From Octopus vulgaris (lineage: Eukaryota), in the NCBI GenBank assembly GCA_951406725.2, contig OX597822.1, forward strand, positions 42,346,001 through 42,410,000: a DNA stretch of 64,000 bases, given 5' to 3'. This document shows, in pieces, positions 25,058 to 39,249 of the stretch. Position numbers and translations under genes: made by a program. The notes under the pieces were generated by a model. That model was not told where the DNA came from. It did not search any database and was given only the letters and a program-made list of their open reading frames with translations. How positions within the stretch are numbered: position 1 is the first letter of the stretch; each line of letters begins with the position of its first letter.

Positions 25058-25975
25058 CAAGGTAGTATCAAAGCGTTCTCAGACTAGTTCTGTAATGCAC
25101 CAACAGATGGCAGCACACGGTTGTGTACACAATGAGACCTAGCAGTGACCTTCATGAGGCAGTGAGTCAAGTGACATCTTTGTGTTCACTTCGCAGATTG
25201 TGAAATTTGTGTTTTTGTGATCACATGTAAGCTGTAGTCTGCGATCTTGTCATGAACAGAAACAAAGAGCCAACATGAAGTTTTGTGTTAAACTGGGGAA
25301 GTCTGCGACAGAGACATTGAGCATGATTCAGTAAGCTTTCAGCAACAAGGCAATCGGTCATATGCAATGTTTCAAGTGGTACGGGTGCTTCAAAAGCAGA
25401 AGAGCATCCCTAGAAGATAAAAAGCAATCTGGAGGACCTACCACAAGCATCACCCCCAGAAATGTGGTATGGTGCATCAAAAATTCTTCCCCTAGGGCCA
25501 GACTGTTCAATCAAGAGTTCTATTGTGATACTTTGAAACATTTGAGGGAGGACATTTGGCAAAAGCTACCAGATCTGTGGGGCACGAAGAATTAGGTTCT
25601 TTACGACGACAATACACTTTGTCACCGAGCTCGCTTCACTTATGAGTTTCTCGCCAAAAACATGGTATCATTTCCATACCCACCCTATCCACCAGATTTA
25701 GCACTTGCAGACTTCCATCTCTTCCCCAAGATGAAGACACGGCTCAAGGGTTGCTGTTTTAACACCGTTGTCAAGATCCAGAGCAAATCACAGAAGGTCC
25801 TCAACTTGCTGACGGAAAACGACTTTCAGGCTGGATTCCAAAAGTGGCAGGAATGCTAGGACCGTTGTATTGCTGCACAAGGTGACTATTTCGAAAGAAA
25901 AGATGTTAAAACTGAGGTAAATAAGTTATTTTTTATGAAACATAACTAGTCCTGGAACTTTTTGATACCACCTCA
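25058..25975 (+). mobile_element. Internally deleted mariner with both TIRs
   Basis: TA|CAAGGTAGTATCAAAGCGTTCTCAGACTAGTT and AACTAGTCCTGGAACTTTTTGATACCACCTCA|TA; KFCVKLGKSATET HTH and PPYPPDLALADFHLFPK (YSPDLAPxD) motifs. Confidence 0.9.
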
Positions 25976-26194
25976 TAAATGTGTGTGTATGTATGTGTAG
26001 ATGTATGTGTGTATGTGTGTATGTATGTGTGTAGATGTATGTGTTTATGTGTATGTGTGTATGTATATGTGTATGTATGTGTGTATGTATGTGTGTGTGT
26101 ATATGTGTGTGTGTATCTATGTATGTATATATATATATATTGCCTTTTTGAGCTACAGCCAACCACTGTATGTAATTCATTCTTTTCTTTTCTC

Positions 26195-26548
26195 TTTTCT
26201 TTTATTTGTTTCAGTCATTTGACTGTGGCCATGCTGGAACACTGCCTTTAGTCAAACAAACCGACCCCAGGACTTCTCTTTTGCTGAACTGCTAAGTTAT
26301 GGGGATGTAAACACACCAACATCAGCTGTCAAGCGATGGTGGAGGACAAACAGACACACAAACATACACACACACACATATATATAATGGGCTTCTTTCA
26401 GTTTCTGACTACCAAATCCACTCACAAGGCTTTGGTCAGGCCGAGGCTATAGTAGAAGACACTCGCCTAAGGTGCCATGCAGCGGGACTGAACATGGAAC
26501 TATGTGGTTGGTAAACATGCTACTTACCACAGCCACTACTGTGCCTAT
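26195..26548 (-). mobile_element. SINE family B
   Basis: Reverse-complement similarity; partial copies also at ~21475-21625 and 56088-56250. Confidence 0.85.
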
Positions 26549-29500
26549 GGTAAAGTTTTTTTTAATAAAAATGTTGAAAATCAAGTGATACCAGTGCTTG
26601 AAGCTCTTTGAAGTGAAGAATGACCTTGTACAGGACAAACCCCACTCTCTCCTTTTACCCCAAAAATAAACTAGTCTGCACCATTGGATGCAAACAAAAT
26701 TGCAGGTTTTATGAATGGCCTTTAAGGACTACTTGTATGGTGTCTACCATGAAATACTGAACAGGTGAGATATTGAATATAAAATAGTTTGCTGCCAAAA
26801 CAAAGCCGTGTGTGTATGTGTGGGAGGGTTTGAATGCAAGTTCATGCATGTGTGCACACCAATGTGCATGTGTGCAAATGCACGTTTGTGTGAAATAGCG
26901 TGGAGTCTGAAAGTGTGTGTCTGTGTGAATGTGTGTATGTGTACACAAACATTCGTGTATGTGTATGGTGTGGATTTTGTGTGTGAAAGAGTACAGGTGT
27001 GAGCCTGTTCATGTGTGTGTGTGTGTGTGCATGCACGCACGCACGCATGTGGTCATGTATATGATGTGGATTCCATGAGAGAAAGGTATGGATGGTTAAA
27101 TGTGTATTTTTTATACATATTCATTTATTTTATGATAAGTGCCTTTGTCTTTTTGAATGGATTGCAAGCGTGTAGGTGGACGTGCATCAGTACATGTGTT
27201 CGCATGCATAGAAATTTAAGCCCAGTGGCTTTACGTATTTTGAGGATGGTACAGATCAAATTAACATATAATGACGCCTCCTCTTTTATTCTAATAACTC
27301 AAAGAAATAAGGAATATAATATCTGAGTACTAATTAGCCACACCTCACCCACAATGCAAAACATTTTTTTAGTCAATGTAGATGGCATATGATGTGTCAT
27401 CTTTACTGATGGTGTTTTGTGACTTATGGGCTTCTTTAAGTACATTTTTTCTCTACTTTTGTTGGTTAAGTGGGGAGTAGTTACTAGCTTAAGTGCTATT
27501 CTGTTGAAGCTTAGGGTGAACATAGAAGCAATTTGTCCCCATTTCTCCAATGTAGTGTAACACTGTTTTTCCTCCTGTTCAATCCCCTCATCCTCCCTTT
27601 TCTCTGCCTTTATCACTGTGCCTAAATAAATTAAATATAAGTCCAGTAAAAAAAGGTTAGCTCTTCTTTTGCTCTTCTCCAGAAATTAATCAAGGTTTCT
27701 CCTGGACAGGGATGCACTCTACCCAATTTGAATGTCTCCAAAACACATCATATGCCACAGCAACAACACACACACAAACTGGACAATAAAACAAAATGAA
27801 AATAATATATTCTGACCATTATGCAATGCTGTCAACACCATACGAGTAACTCTGGTTAAATGCTTAGTGATCTTTGTATTAATTATGTCAACACATTGTT
27901 TCTTATGCAGCTGGCATCACATTGTAATATGAAAAACATAACCACACCACCACATTCTGTAACCTATACAATATATCCAGACTGACATTTTTGACCATAG
28001 TTCTAGTCAATCAGAACTGAGCAGAAAGTAAACACCAACAAGAACAATAACAACAAGAACAATAAATGATATGGACTTTTAATACTTAATTCAGTAACAT
28101 CCAAATAATGCCTCCTTGTTCTTTAGTGATGTAATTGTCAGCAGTGATCAAGCAGATTTAACTTTGCAGTATTGGATACAACAAGTCAATAATGGAACTA
28201 GAAACAGCAGCTAAATCTCCTTCAAACACATTAGACGATGTAATCTTACATGACCATGAAAAGGCAGGACAGTCATGACTGGGATGAGTAGTTATAAGTT
28301 GACTTTGGACTAAGCAACAACGACATTACCTGCAGTGGTAGATTTAGTGGTGGTGTTGGCTTGACCATGGAACAGTATCAATGGTGGAAGATGAGGATCA
28401 ATAGTGAAAGTGGGTTGACAAATATTGAGTGGAGAATATCTCTTACGCCATAGGCTGCCCCTTATGTAAAGGGCAAAATGATGAAAAAGAAGAAACGAAA
28501 TGTTACTAATATCTCATATGTTGTAATGTAGTGGATTAGTGAGAAGTCACTGATGAGAAGGGAAGCCAGAAGGATGATGCAGCTCTTACTATGACTAAGG
28601 ACTGCCTTAAGCTACAGATTTGGGATGGATGTGAGACACAAATCTTTAAGACAATTCATTGCTAGAATGATCAGTAGTAACCAGAAAGTAGTTTTGTTTG
28701 ATGAAAGAGAAGTGAGAACTAAATACATTGGTTTCCAATTTTGACAAAGGCTAGCAATTTCAGGGGAACGGGTAAGTTAATTACATCAACCCTAGTGTTC
28801 AACTGGTATTTATTTTATCGACACCAAAAGGATGAAAGGCAAAGTCAACCTTGGTGGAATTTGATCTTAGAACATAAGGACAAACGAACTGCTGCTAAGC
28901 ATTTGGTCCAACATATTAACAATTCTGATAACTCACTGCCTTAAGAACTAAATATATTAACAGAGTAAATAATGGTTGACTCACAAGGAACCAGAACATT
29001 GCTGCACAATCTACTCCATTGCAATTAGTAGCAGCAATAGTTGCCAAAGAATGAAATAATGAATTGCTTAAATATAGATCTAGTATAAATATATACTTTT
29101 CTACTCTAGGGGCAAGGCCCAAAATTTTGGGGGTGGGAGCCAGTCAATTAGATCGACCCCAGTATGCAACTGGTAATTAATTTATCAACCCCGAAAGGAT
29201 GAAAAGCAAAGCCAACCTCGGCGAAATTTGAACTCAGAACGTAAAGACAGACAAAATACCGCTAAGCATTTCGCCCAGCATGCTAATGTTTCTGCCAGCT
29301 CACCACCTTGTGTATAAATATATAGACCTTAGCTCTTATTAGTAACAATGGGTTTCTCTCTCTCATTACAAAGGTGTGTGAGACGTGTGATGGTGCGTGA
29401 TAGTGAAACATGGACAATGAATGGAGAAGACTGAAGAATGTGGTGTGTGTCAGATGTGCAATGGTGTATGGCAGTGAAACATGAACAGTGACTGGAAAGG

Positions 29501-29635
29501 ACTACATGTGAAGTATATAAGAGGAATGATGGCGTGTAGCAGTGAAACATGGATAGTGAATATAGAGAACTGCATGTGGTATGTGTAAGATGGTGTATGG
29601 CAGTAAAACTCTGACAGTGAATGAAGTGGACTATA

Positions 29636-29832
29636 TGAGTGGGTGCTGAAAAGTTCATGGCTTTAAAGGTATTGCAAAAGGCCTGATTCTGTTACATGGC
29701 TTAGAAAAACTGAAGGACTGCTGCAATAAATGTATGAATCTTTGAAAGGAATATGTTGAATAAAATCATAATTAACTGATCTTCCTGTATTTTCTTTTAC
29801 TCAAAAGCCAGGAACTTTTCAGCGCCCCCTTC
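29636..29832. mobile_element. Mariner-derived MITE
   Basis: TGAGTGGGTGCTGAAAAGTTCATGGCTTT / AAAGCCAGGAACTTTTCAGCGCCCCCTTC inverted ends, TA flanks; TIR resembles that of the 20317 mariner. Confidence 0.75.
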
Positions 29833-31146
29833 TATGTAACAGGTTTTGTTGTTTATCCCCAATTGAATTTTGAGCTACATTATCCAATTTATCTTTTTTG
29901 TTATTGCTGTTTCTTTTTTTTTAAATCTGTAGTGTTATGATTTAGGAGAAATTCAGATGTTATTTCTAGTAGTACCTCATTATGCTTCAATCTGCATTGA
30001 TTTCCCCCACCCACCACTAGATGTACAGCATTAATTTTCAAGGAAGGGAGAATTGAAAAAGCGGTTAATCATTGACAGAATTGATTAATTTATAGAGGGA
30101 AAATGACTGCATTAGAGTGGACATGTAATGGCAATGAGGGATACATAGAAGGTGAATAGGGATTAAGACTTGCTAATGTGAAGTTGTTGTCATGGATCTA
30201 GATTAAAGAGTCTACTTACAAGGAAACAGTGTAGGCTTTACACATGGAACAACACAGGATCTTCATAAATAAATATCTTAGCATGGTAGATCAGGAATAA
30301 CTTAGCATGGTAGATCAGGAATAAAAGTGATGATGATGATGATGATGATGGGCAGTGACTACAAAGCAGGTGGTGAGGGTAACATTCTTAAAGTTATTTA
30401 CTTCAAATGGAAAGAATATTTATTGAATAGGAGAAAATTTAAGAAGGAAAAAAATTTAGTGAACTTATCAATGAAACAACATACATACCAACACAAACAA
30501 TAACGCCAGTGAAGCTATCAGTCCCAATTAACATTATTGATACATTAGTAGCATTGGTAAAAATGTGATAAGACTGCAATGATAAGTTCAGAGAGAGACA
30601 AAGGTAGAAGGTGATGTCTGCACAGATTAAAGTCCCCCAGTTCATTATACAATAATAGTCTTTGAATCTTATTTTTTTCTGAGAGAGAATGGGAGAGCCA
30701 AACTCATCATTTCCTATGTCGCAACATCTTTAGAGGTTCTTGAGAAAACAATGGCTACTTCAATTTGTGTGAATCTAGTTATAGATAGTCAGCCAAATAA
30801 TTACAAAGCTATAATTCCATATATACTATGCCTATCTGAGAAGCTCACTGAATATATTACAGTGGTAGATGGTAAAGAGTTCAGTGTGGCAATCTGAACA
30901 TGTACTCTTTCTGATGTCTGCTGTATGTAAAGCATTGGTTAATGGTAGAGTTGTGTGCAGCAATCAAAGCATGTACTTTTACCACTGTCTACTGTACATA
31001 GTATAGTAGTTAATGGTAGAGAGTACAGTGTGGCAATCTAGTTGTGTACCCTTTCTATTTATTGTACCATAGTACAGTAATTAATGACAGAGTACAGTGT
31101 GGCAATCTAGATGTATTCTTTTGACTGTATGTATGACAGTGGTTAA

Positions 31147-31366
31147 CCCTTTCGTTACCAAACAGGCTGAAACCAGCTCTGGCTCTGAATACAAATGTCT
31201 TGTTTTCATAAGTTTTGAATTAAAATCTTTCACAAAAAGTTAGTCACAATTTATGTTCCTAACACTAGCTGAATGACAACTAAGTTATTTTACTAAATTC
31301 TTTGTTATATTTTAAGTAATTGGAAGAAACACAGAGCATCTCAAAATAAATATAGTAATGAAAGGG
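31147..31366. mobile_element. piggyBac-type MITE, same family as 9779-9999, opposite orientation
   Basis: TTAA|CCCTTTCGTTACC left TIR, internal similarity, GTAATGAAAGGG right end. Confidence 0.85.
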
Positions 31367-31848
31367 TTGGTGTGGAGTACAATGTAGCATGCTGTGCTCT
31401 TTCCACTGTCTACTGAACATACAGTAGTTATTTGTATAGAGTATAGTAATGTGAGAATTATATTAAGGATATACATGTCAGTGGAATACTCAGCCACTTA
31501 CACTGGTCATGAACCAGGATCCATATGGCCCTTGGTTGTCTATACAAGATTTTGATGTCAAAGATTATGCGCAATAAATTGGTCATACTTCTACAATACA
31601 CAAAACATTTTAACAATTTTTCTTTATACAGTTCCTAATTATATTTAATCATAACAAATATAATAGAATCTTTTAAAATATCAAATGGCAATGAGGGTCC
31701 ACCTAAGTAAAAGGAAAATTGAAGGGGTCCATATGCAAAAAATGGTTGAGAACCATTGTGTTAACCATTTAGCATTCAAATTACTCAGTCAAATGTAATG
31801 CATATTTATTTATGTTGTTTTGAATTAATCATACTTTATATCATAGCT

Positions 31849-32173
31849 GTGTGAAGGTACATGGCTAAGTGGTTAGAGAATTGGTCTCACAATCATGAGA
31901 TAGTGTGTTCAAATCCCACACCAGGCTGTATGCTGTGTTCTTGAGCAAGACACTTTATTTCATATTGCTCCAGTTCACTCAGCTGTAGAAATGAGTTGCA
32001 ACATCACTGGTGCCAAACTGTATTGGCCTTTTCCTCTCCCTTGGATAACATTGGTGGCATGGAGAGGGGAGGCTGGTATGCATGGGTGACTGCTGGTCTT
32101 CCATAAACAACTTTGTCCGGACTTGTGCACATTCTAGGTGCAATCTTGTGGTCATTTATGACCAAAGGCGGTT
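31849..32173 (+). mobile_element. tRNA-derived SINE family D inserted into a piggyBac-type MITE (31761-32327)
   Basis: TGGCTAAGTGGTTAGAG A-box, GTTCAAATCCC B-box; TSD TTTATATCRTAGCT at 31835-31848 and 32174-32187; partial minus copy at 56588-56783. Confidence 0.85.
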
Positions 32174-32933
32174 TTTATATCGTAGCTAAGAGATTTTGAT
32201 GATATGATTGTCTGTTTTTAGAATGACATTGTTAGGTAGGTGTGTGAGGCCAGATCTGGCTGGTGTGAAAATAAAATAGGTAGGATATTTGGACCGGATA
32301 TGGCCAGTTTAAATGCAAAAGGCTTAAAGCAACTGATCAACAGAATCCTCATTGTCAAAACAAAGAGCCGTAGAAAAAAAAATTTTAATTCCAACTCCCA
32401 TAATTCTTGACATCAGTTTTGTGAAGTGTAGGGAGCTGATAGAGGAAACTGGTGGTAGTGGCAGGGTATATGGGGTTGTGTGGTGTATGAAGGTGGAGTA
32501 GGACAGGAAGGTGATGTAATGTAGTCCAGAGGATATTATGCTTGAAAATAAAGAGATGAGATAGCTATAGTTGGAATATCAATTGTACGTATGACCTAAC
32601 AATGTCATAGATATACATGTGACAAAGTGATTTCATAGATATACCTATGAGTAAGAGATGTTATAGATATGTGGTAGATATATTTGTGCTCTGACACACT
32701 GTGGCATGTCAGCAGTGACATGCCACGGGTCTTTAGGCAACAGTATATGAAGTTTGAAAAACATTTTGCAATCTTGCAATAACAAATACAAAAAGCTTTA
32801 TCTCTAAGCACTTACCTAAAATTAAAATACATGTATAACATGCAAGTGATACTACAATAATAGATTTATGTAAGAGACTAAAATGTTGACACAATAGGTT
32901 AAAATGGTTTGCCATCAGTGGACTAGATGTCAC

Positions 32934-32969
<36 letters not shown>

Positions 32970-34429
32970 ATGCATGACTAGGACTGATAATAGAGCGAGA
33001 CAGCCAAATTGAACTAAGTGTTGGGTTCATTTATCTCTATCTATCTATCTATCTATCTAACCATTGTTCAATATGTTGTCATGGTAATAGTATTTTAGAA
33101 CACGTGGTTCTTTCTTTCAAGAGAAATTTGTCTGTTATTTGCATGTCATGTCATTTTCTTTGAAATACAGATATGGCCATGTTTTTTTAGATTTACTTTG
33201 CAACTATGAATTTTCATATTCAATTCCACTGCATGGCAGCCTCAGTCATCTTAAGCCTTATAAGTTAAGATGCATTGATGCAATTGGAACATGCCTATTG
33301 GAAGAACTGTGCCTGTTTTTTGGGGGTGGTAAACATAATGAGCTGTTGCCCAGTTTAACACCATCACCTGGTCATTCGGTACCTTTTGCCACTTGGTCAT
33401 TCAGTACTTTTTGCAGATTCCACACTGTTGCAAGCATTCGTACTAGCTATCTAGTTTATTCACCCTGCTAGTATCAGAGGTACTGTGTTCTATCCTCTAA
33501 GCTTAAAAAATATTACAAAATAAAAACTTCTTTCATTGGTTGTGATAGTCATGTGACTTATACAGATGTTCTTTATGCAATCATCAGAGAAAAATAATTT
33601 CTTGCAAGGGTATGCGGTACCAAGAGAATATGATGCTATATAGATCGAGACATTCTTCAGTTAAGCAATTAGGAGAGTGAGCGCAATTAGTGTAGTAAGT
33701 AAAGTAATTGGCTACAAACAGAAATCACAGCTGGCTCAGGAAGTTCACACCCCAGGAGTTTACCCTTACTGAACAAACTTTGTTACTAAGTTCAATGGAA
33801 TAATCATTTATTTCTAAAAGAAATGATAAAAAAAAATAATTAAAAAACAACAGAGAATCAAAAAGTTTTGCAAATCAGGCATTAAATAGCAGAGAATTTA
33901 ATGATTTAGATTATCCTAATCCTTCCTTTTTTATCATTCCAGTGTTTTATTTTCTTAATTCCTCTAAAAATGGTTTTGAACTCAAACCGTGATCTACAAC
34001 ACAATGTCCTGAAATTTTGAACTATAATTTCAATAACTTATTTCAGACAATTAAATATCTAATTAAACTATGAATCATTAACTCATTGATGTCATTAATC
34101 AGCTATACATATAAACAATAAAACACAACCAGATAACAATTTTATCACAACTTCAGGAAGCTCTCACATTTTAAAAGGTTACTCCTTCAGTAATCTTAGA
34201 CAACCGCATATGAAAAAGTGTTGCTATCTAACAAATAATGTTTTGTACATTGAAGAAGTATAACATTCTAATTTTTAAAATGAATTCAAAGAGAATACAG
34301 AAAAAAAAAAAAGCATCTTTAATTAAGGGCAAACTGTATTGATTAAATTGATTTCAATATTATACTGGTTCCTATTTCAAGCAGTGCAGTAGTATCTAAA
34401 CTCTAAACAGCAGGATAACAAATACCACA

Positions 34430-34473
<44 letters not shown>

Positions 34474-35850
34474 TGTATCTTGTGCCTCTCTTGAACCATA
34501 TATACACACACACTAGCTTTCTTTATACACTTTCTTTCACAGTTTGCTGCCTGGCAAAGTGCCATCAAACAGTCAAAATAATCAATGCCAAAATAGAGTT
34601 GCTTCAGTAAAATTCATTAAAAAATCATTGGTAAATATTTTGGTATAATATCTACTAAAGTTAGTAGATGAGGATGTCGAGATTGCTGATGCTACAATAA
34701 ACTATTTCCTAACCATAACCAAATAAATGTAATAAGCTTGCTATGTGAGTTATATGATAGGGTAAACTTAGTCTTAATTTAGCTATCATTATCAGAAGTC
34801 TACAGTGTTTTCTTGTAGTAGTACAATATTAAAAGTTGACACACCTATCACCAGATTCAACAGTATCTAACAATATAAATTAACAAGTTTCCTGACATAA
34901 AATATTCACTTTCCAATTATAGTTATGTGGCTGTCCTTGAAACTAAAGCTAACTTCAATGTGTCAATAAAAAGAGTTAAACAGAAATTAAACTTCAATGT
35001 GTCAATAAAAAGAGTTAAACAGAAATATAAATTGATCTTGGGTAAGAACAAAGCCAAATTTTTACAGACATAGTTAACAAGAATGACACCAGTATATAAC
35101 TGGTATCTAAGCTCCATAGTAATATCTCAACATGCTGAGTATGTTTCATTCAGTTCATTTCTTACAACTGCAATATCCAGCTTGCTCACATAACCTAACA
35201 GACCTAACAACACACTCAGGTGTAATGACGGCAGTTGTTTATTTTAGTAGTAGTAGGTATTGATCTTAGAGGAAGAAGTGTTTGGTGTTTTAGGGAAAAC
35301 TGCAGTTTATTCAGATTTACAATGTAATTAACTCCAAGAAACACATGCGTACAACAACTGTTAGAATCTCAAAGATTCTGTCAGAAACATTTGATAAAAA
35401 AATCACAGGATATATATTTAACAGTCAATATTTCCAGTTCATTTTCCTCTAATTCCCATATATTTAATTTAGACCTGCTGAATGTCTGGACACCCAGGAG
35501 GACAAATAACAAGACCTGTCAAAGGATGGACGAGTTCCTTGCGAGCCAATGGCCATCCAGTTAGAACTAACAGATAAAAGTAAATACTCGATGTTAACAA
35601 ATGTAATATCATAGTTGCATATTTTATTTTTATTTTAAAAGTCAAGGTTTCATTTTTTTCATTTTGTTTTACTTTATTTGTTTTTTGTAAGAGATGTACA
35701 AGAGGTACAAAGTCAAACTCAATGTTATTGACATTCCTTAGGTTAAGCCAGAAGTCCTAAAATGTTGAGTCAACAATAATGAAGCTGAACTTAGAACCAC
35801 ATGTATCAACTAGACCTCAACACATCTGTATCAAATCCCCTAATGTCAAC

Positions 35851-35919
<69 letters not shown>

Positions 35920-36389
35920 TAAAATATTATATTTTCTCACTACTCAATAAAAACTCAATTTACTGAACTCTTTCTAAATTGTCCTTGTTTGACAAGCCAA
36001 TGAGAAAGCTTACATCTATTTCTAGCTGGCTATCCAATCTGCTAGAAATAGAAGCCATATCTCCCTCAATTCACACTATTGTATTAAAAGGAAGGGCACA
36101 TTAGATAATGTAGTTGCAGATAAATAAATGGGATGTTCACAACTGACTTTGTTTATAGGTCTATTGAATCAGGTCTAACTTGAGGTTTGATAACAACAGA
36201 CTATTCTGGCATGCAAACATTTAATACTAGTCAAAAAGTCAGTTTCAAATCTTTTTCATAATTTACTATGTAGGCGAGGAAGTTGAAATTTAACAATTTA
36301 GCCAACTGACAAAAGTTGCTACAACAAAAGTACTCATTGGGATGCTGTGGCAACTTGCCAACATAGTCCTATTAAGCTAACAACATACA

Positions 36390-36670
36390 CCACCATCTAA
36401 GCCAGACAGTATACTACCATTAATCTAGGTAATATACCTTCATTAAATCAGGCAACATACCTTCATTAAATCAGGTACCATAGCTCCATTAAACTTGACA
36501 ACAAATCGCCAATTGAAACAGATAAAATAATCCCCTTAAACCAGACAACCTACTCCCATTAATCTAAACAACATACCCCCATTAAACCAAACACATCCCC
36601 ATTAAACTAGATAGCATATTCCCATTAAACCAGGCAACATACCCCCATTAAACCAGACAGCACAGCTCCA
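36390..36670. repeat. Degenerate ~26-bp minisatellite (CCCATTAAACCAGRCAACATAC)
   Basis: About ten diverged units. Confidence 0.75.
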
Positions 36671-37698
36671 TGGTATGTCTTGGTTCCAGCCATGCTAGGT
36701 TGTATAATCACACCATCAAGTGGTACTACATGATGAATACCTCATCAAAATACATTAAGGAACTCATATGCCATAGATTTAAACATCTGATTATCTGCCT
36801 CTGTGCCATGGGTCAAATCCTTAAGCAGAGCAGGCCAACAGTAACCAACAACAAGATATCAGGTTGAACAATAGCTTAACAGGGAATTTTAAATTGACCA
36901 CTACAGTTTGAGATTTAAATCCCATTGAAATTAGTAGAACTTCTCATCTCTCCATGTTTCATAGATTAAACAATGAAAAATATACACACAGTGTTGATAA
37001 ACAACCTACAGCCTTTATTCTCAAACCATTAAACACATCATTAGTTAATCTAAATATGTAGTTCGAACAAAGATCCATGATAACAACAAAGATAATATAA
37101 TTTATAAAGATAAAAATAAAATCAGTGGTCACTGATAGTGAAACTGTTATAAATTATGCCTGGAGGTGCAGATATTTCTTTGGTGGCTGTCAAAATGGAA
37201 CTGAGTTAATTTGAAACCAGAGTAAAGCTAATATGAACAAAAGAAGACAGTGTTTAAATTAATTTCAGACTGCTAACAAATTAAGAATATCAAAAAACTC
37301 ACATGGGATTTGTTCATCCCCCATTGGTTTTTTGTATTGTTGGATGTAAAAACTAAATATCACAATAAAACAAGAGGGGTTTATATTATTGGCATGCCAT
37401 AGAGATTAATGTTTTAAATTAGGTTTAAAGTTGGAGAATACTCCAGCTGTAAACCCAATATTAGTGTCTACTTCACACAGAGACATGTCAACTTACACCT
37501 CTTCTCTACTCAAATCCAATCTGGTTCTAGATTCTTTAGCACTTTTGATACCACTTCTGGTTCTATGATACAAACTTCTTGTTTTAGCCCTTTGGCATCC
37601 ACGTTATTCTGTCAAAAGTAAAGCTTGTTTCTTCACATGTTTTGAATTAATCTTGCATTATCTGGTAGTTTTGAGGTTTTGACTTTTCGTTTTTAGAA

Positions 37699-38222
37699 AG
37701 ATGCCAGTCATCGAATTTGATTTCAATTTCAATTTCACTTGCCTCAAAATCAAAATCAAATTTGATGATTGGCATCTGTGCTAGTGGAGCGCTAAAAGTA
37801 CTATCCAAGCATGATCGTTGCCAGAGCAACAAACTGGCTTCCGTGCCGGCGGCACGTAAAAAGCACTATTCGAGCGTGATCGTTACCTGCATCACCTTAC
37901 TGACACTTGTGCTGGAGGCACGTGAAAAAAACATTCAAGCAAGGTCGTTGCCAGTCTCACTAGGCTGGTTCCTGTGCAGGTGGCAAATAAAAAGCACCAT
38001 TTGAGCATGGCCGTTGCCAGTACCACCTGACTGGCCCTTGTGCTAGTGGCACGTAAAAGCACCCACTACACTCTCGGAGTGGTTGGCGTTAGGAAGGGCA
38101 TCCAGCTGTAGAAGCTCTGCCAGATCAGATTGGAGCCTGGTGCAGCCATCTGGTTCACCAGACCTCAGTCAAATCGTCCAACCCATGCTAGCATGGAAAG
38201 CGGACGTTAAACGATGATGATG
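37699..38222 (+). mobile_element. RTE LINE 3' UTR fragment with tandem units, inserted in a MITE
   Basis: Same units and tail as 1960-2468. Confidence 0.8.
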
Positions 38223-38247
38223 TATATATGTATGTATGTATGTATGT

Positions 38248-38965
38248 ATAGAAGCTCTTGTGTTAAAGCAAAGGCTCAGATGGAGTGGTCATCTGGTCAG
38301 AATGAAGGATTCAAGGATGCCAAAACAACTCTTTTATGGAGAGTTAGCTAAAGGAGAACGACCTCCACATAAACCAAAAAAGAGGTATAAGGACTTGCTG
38401 AAGGCTTCCTTAAGAGATGCCTGCATCACTCTTGACACATGGGAAGGCATAGCTATTGATCGTAGCAGGTGGAGAAGGATTGTGCATGAGGGGACAGCCA
38501 CGTTTGAGAAATCTCGAGTTGCACATGAGAAAGTAAGGAGGGATGTCAGGAAGGGCATCGCTGTTACACTTCCAGAAGGGAAGGGTCTTCCTTTGATTCT
38601 GACATGCAATGTCTGTGCAAGACCCTGCCTCAGTAAAGCAGGATTCATGAGTCATCTTCGTAGTCATAAAACGAGACAGATGAGTGACAACCTGGCCACT
38701 GGTGGTAGTGTAACACACCATACTAATCATATCTGTCGGGCATGTGGAAGAGAGTGTAATTCAGCAGGAGGACTTAAACAACATGCAAAAGTATATGAAG
38801 CCCAGTTACAACTACTGCCGGCTATTACAAGTAAAGGTTTTAGTTGCCAATTTTGTACAAGACATTGTAGATCTTTAGCTGGGCTAAAAAGTCACATTTG
38901 ATCACAGTACCAGTAACAGTTAAGCTTCGTGCAATGGCCATACTCGATAACAAGGGGGCAGCCAT
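38248..38965 (+). mobile_element. 5'-truncated RTE-clade LINE: RT C-terminus plus three C2H2 zinc-finger motifs
   Basis: QRLRWSGHLVRMKDSRMPKQLFYGEL..RP..KPKKRYKD..DRSRWR is the typical RTE thumb region; CNVC..HLRSH, CRAC..HAKVY, CQFC..SHI; flanked by (TGTA)n. Confidence 0.85.
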
Positions 38966-39249
38966 AATGTATGTATATATGTATGTATGATGATGATTGT
39001 AGGTTTGATGTGAGAAACCAGATCTAGCCAGTTTAAACACAAAATAAGGAGAATGTTTTGGCGAGATATAGCCTCTTTAAATGCTAAAGGGTTAAAGTGA
39101 TCTAAAAAGTTTCCATCAGAATTTCATGCTAATTTACATTCCAAATACCAGCTTGATAATGACAAGATTATTTTACTAAATACTTTATTTTCAAAATTAA
39201 TTGAAGCAAAGCCAGTGCATTTAAACAGAAATATGGTAACAAAATGGTT

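Noticed and set aside
35470-35566. Possible WW-domain exon (LTGWPLARKELVHPLTG) on the minus strand
   Set aside because: Lacks the aromatic core and second Trp-Pro of a WW domain; weak donor; phase does not match the SH3 exon
38236-38901. Host C2H2 zinc-finger gene
   Set aside because: Fingers are fused to an RTE RT C-terminus, and the ATG comes from the (TGTA)n flank
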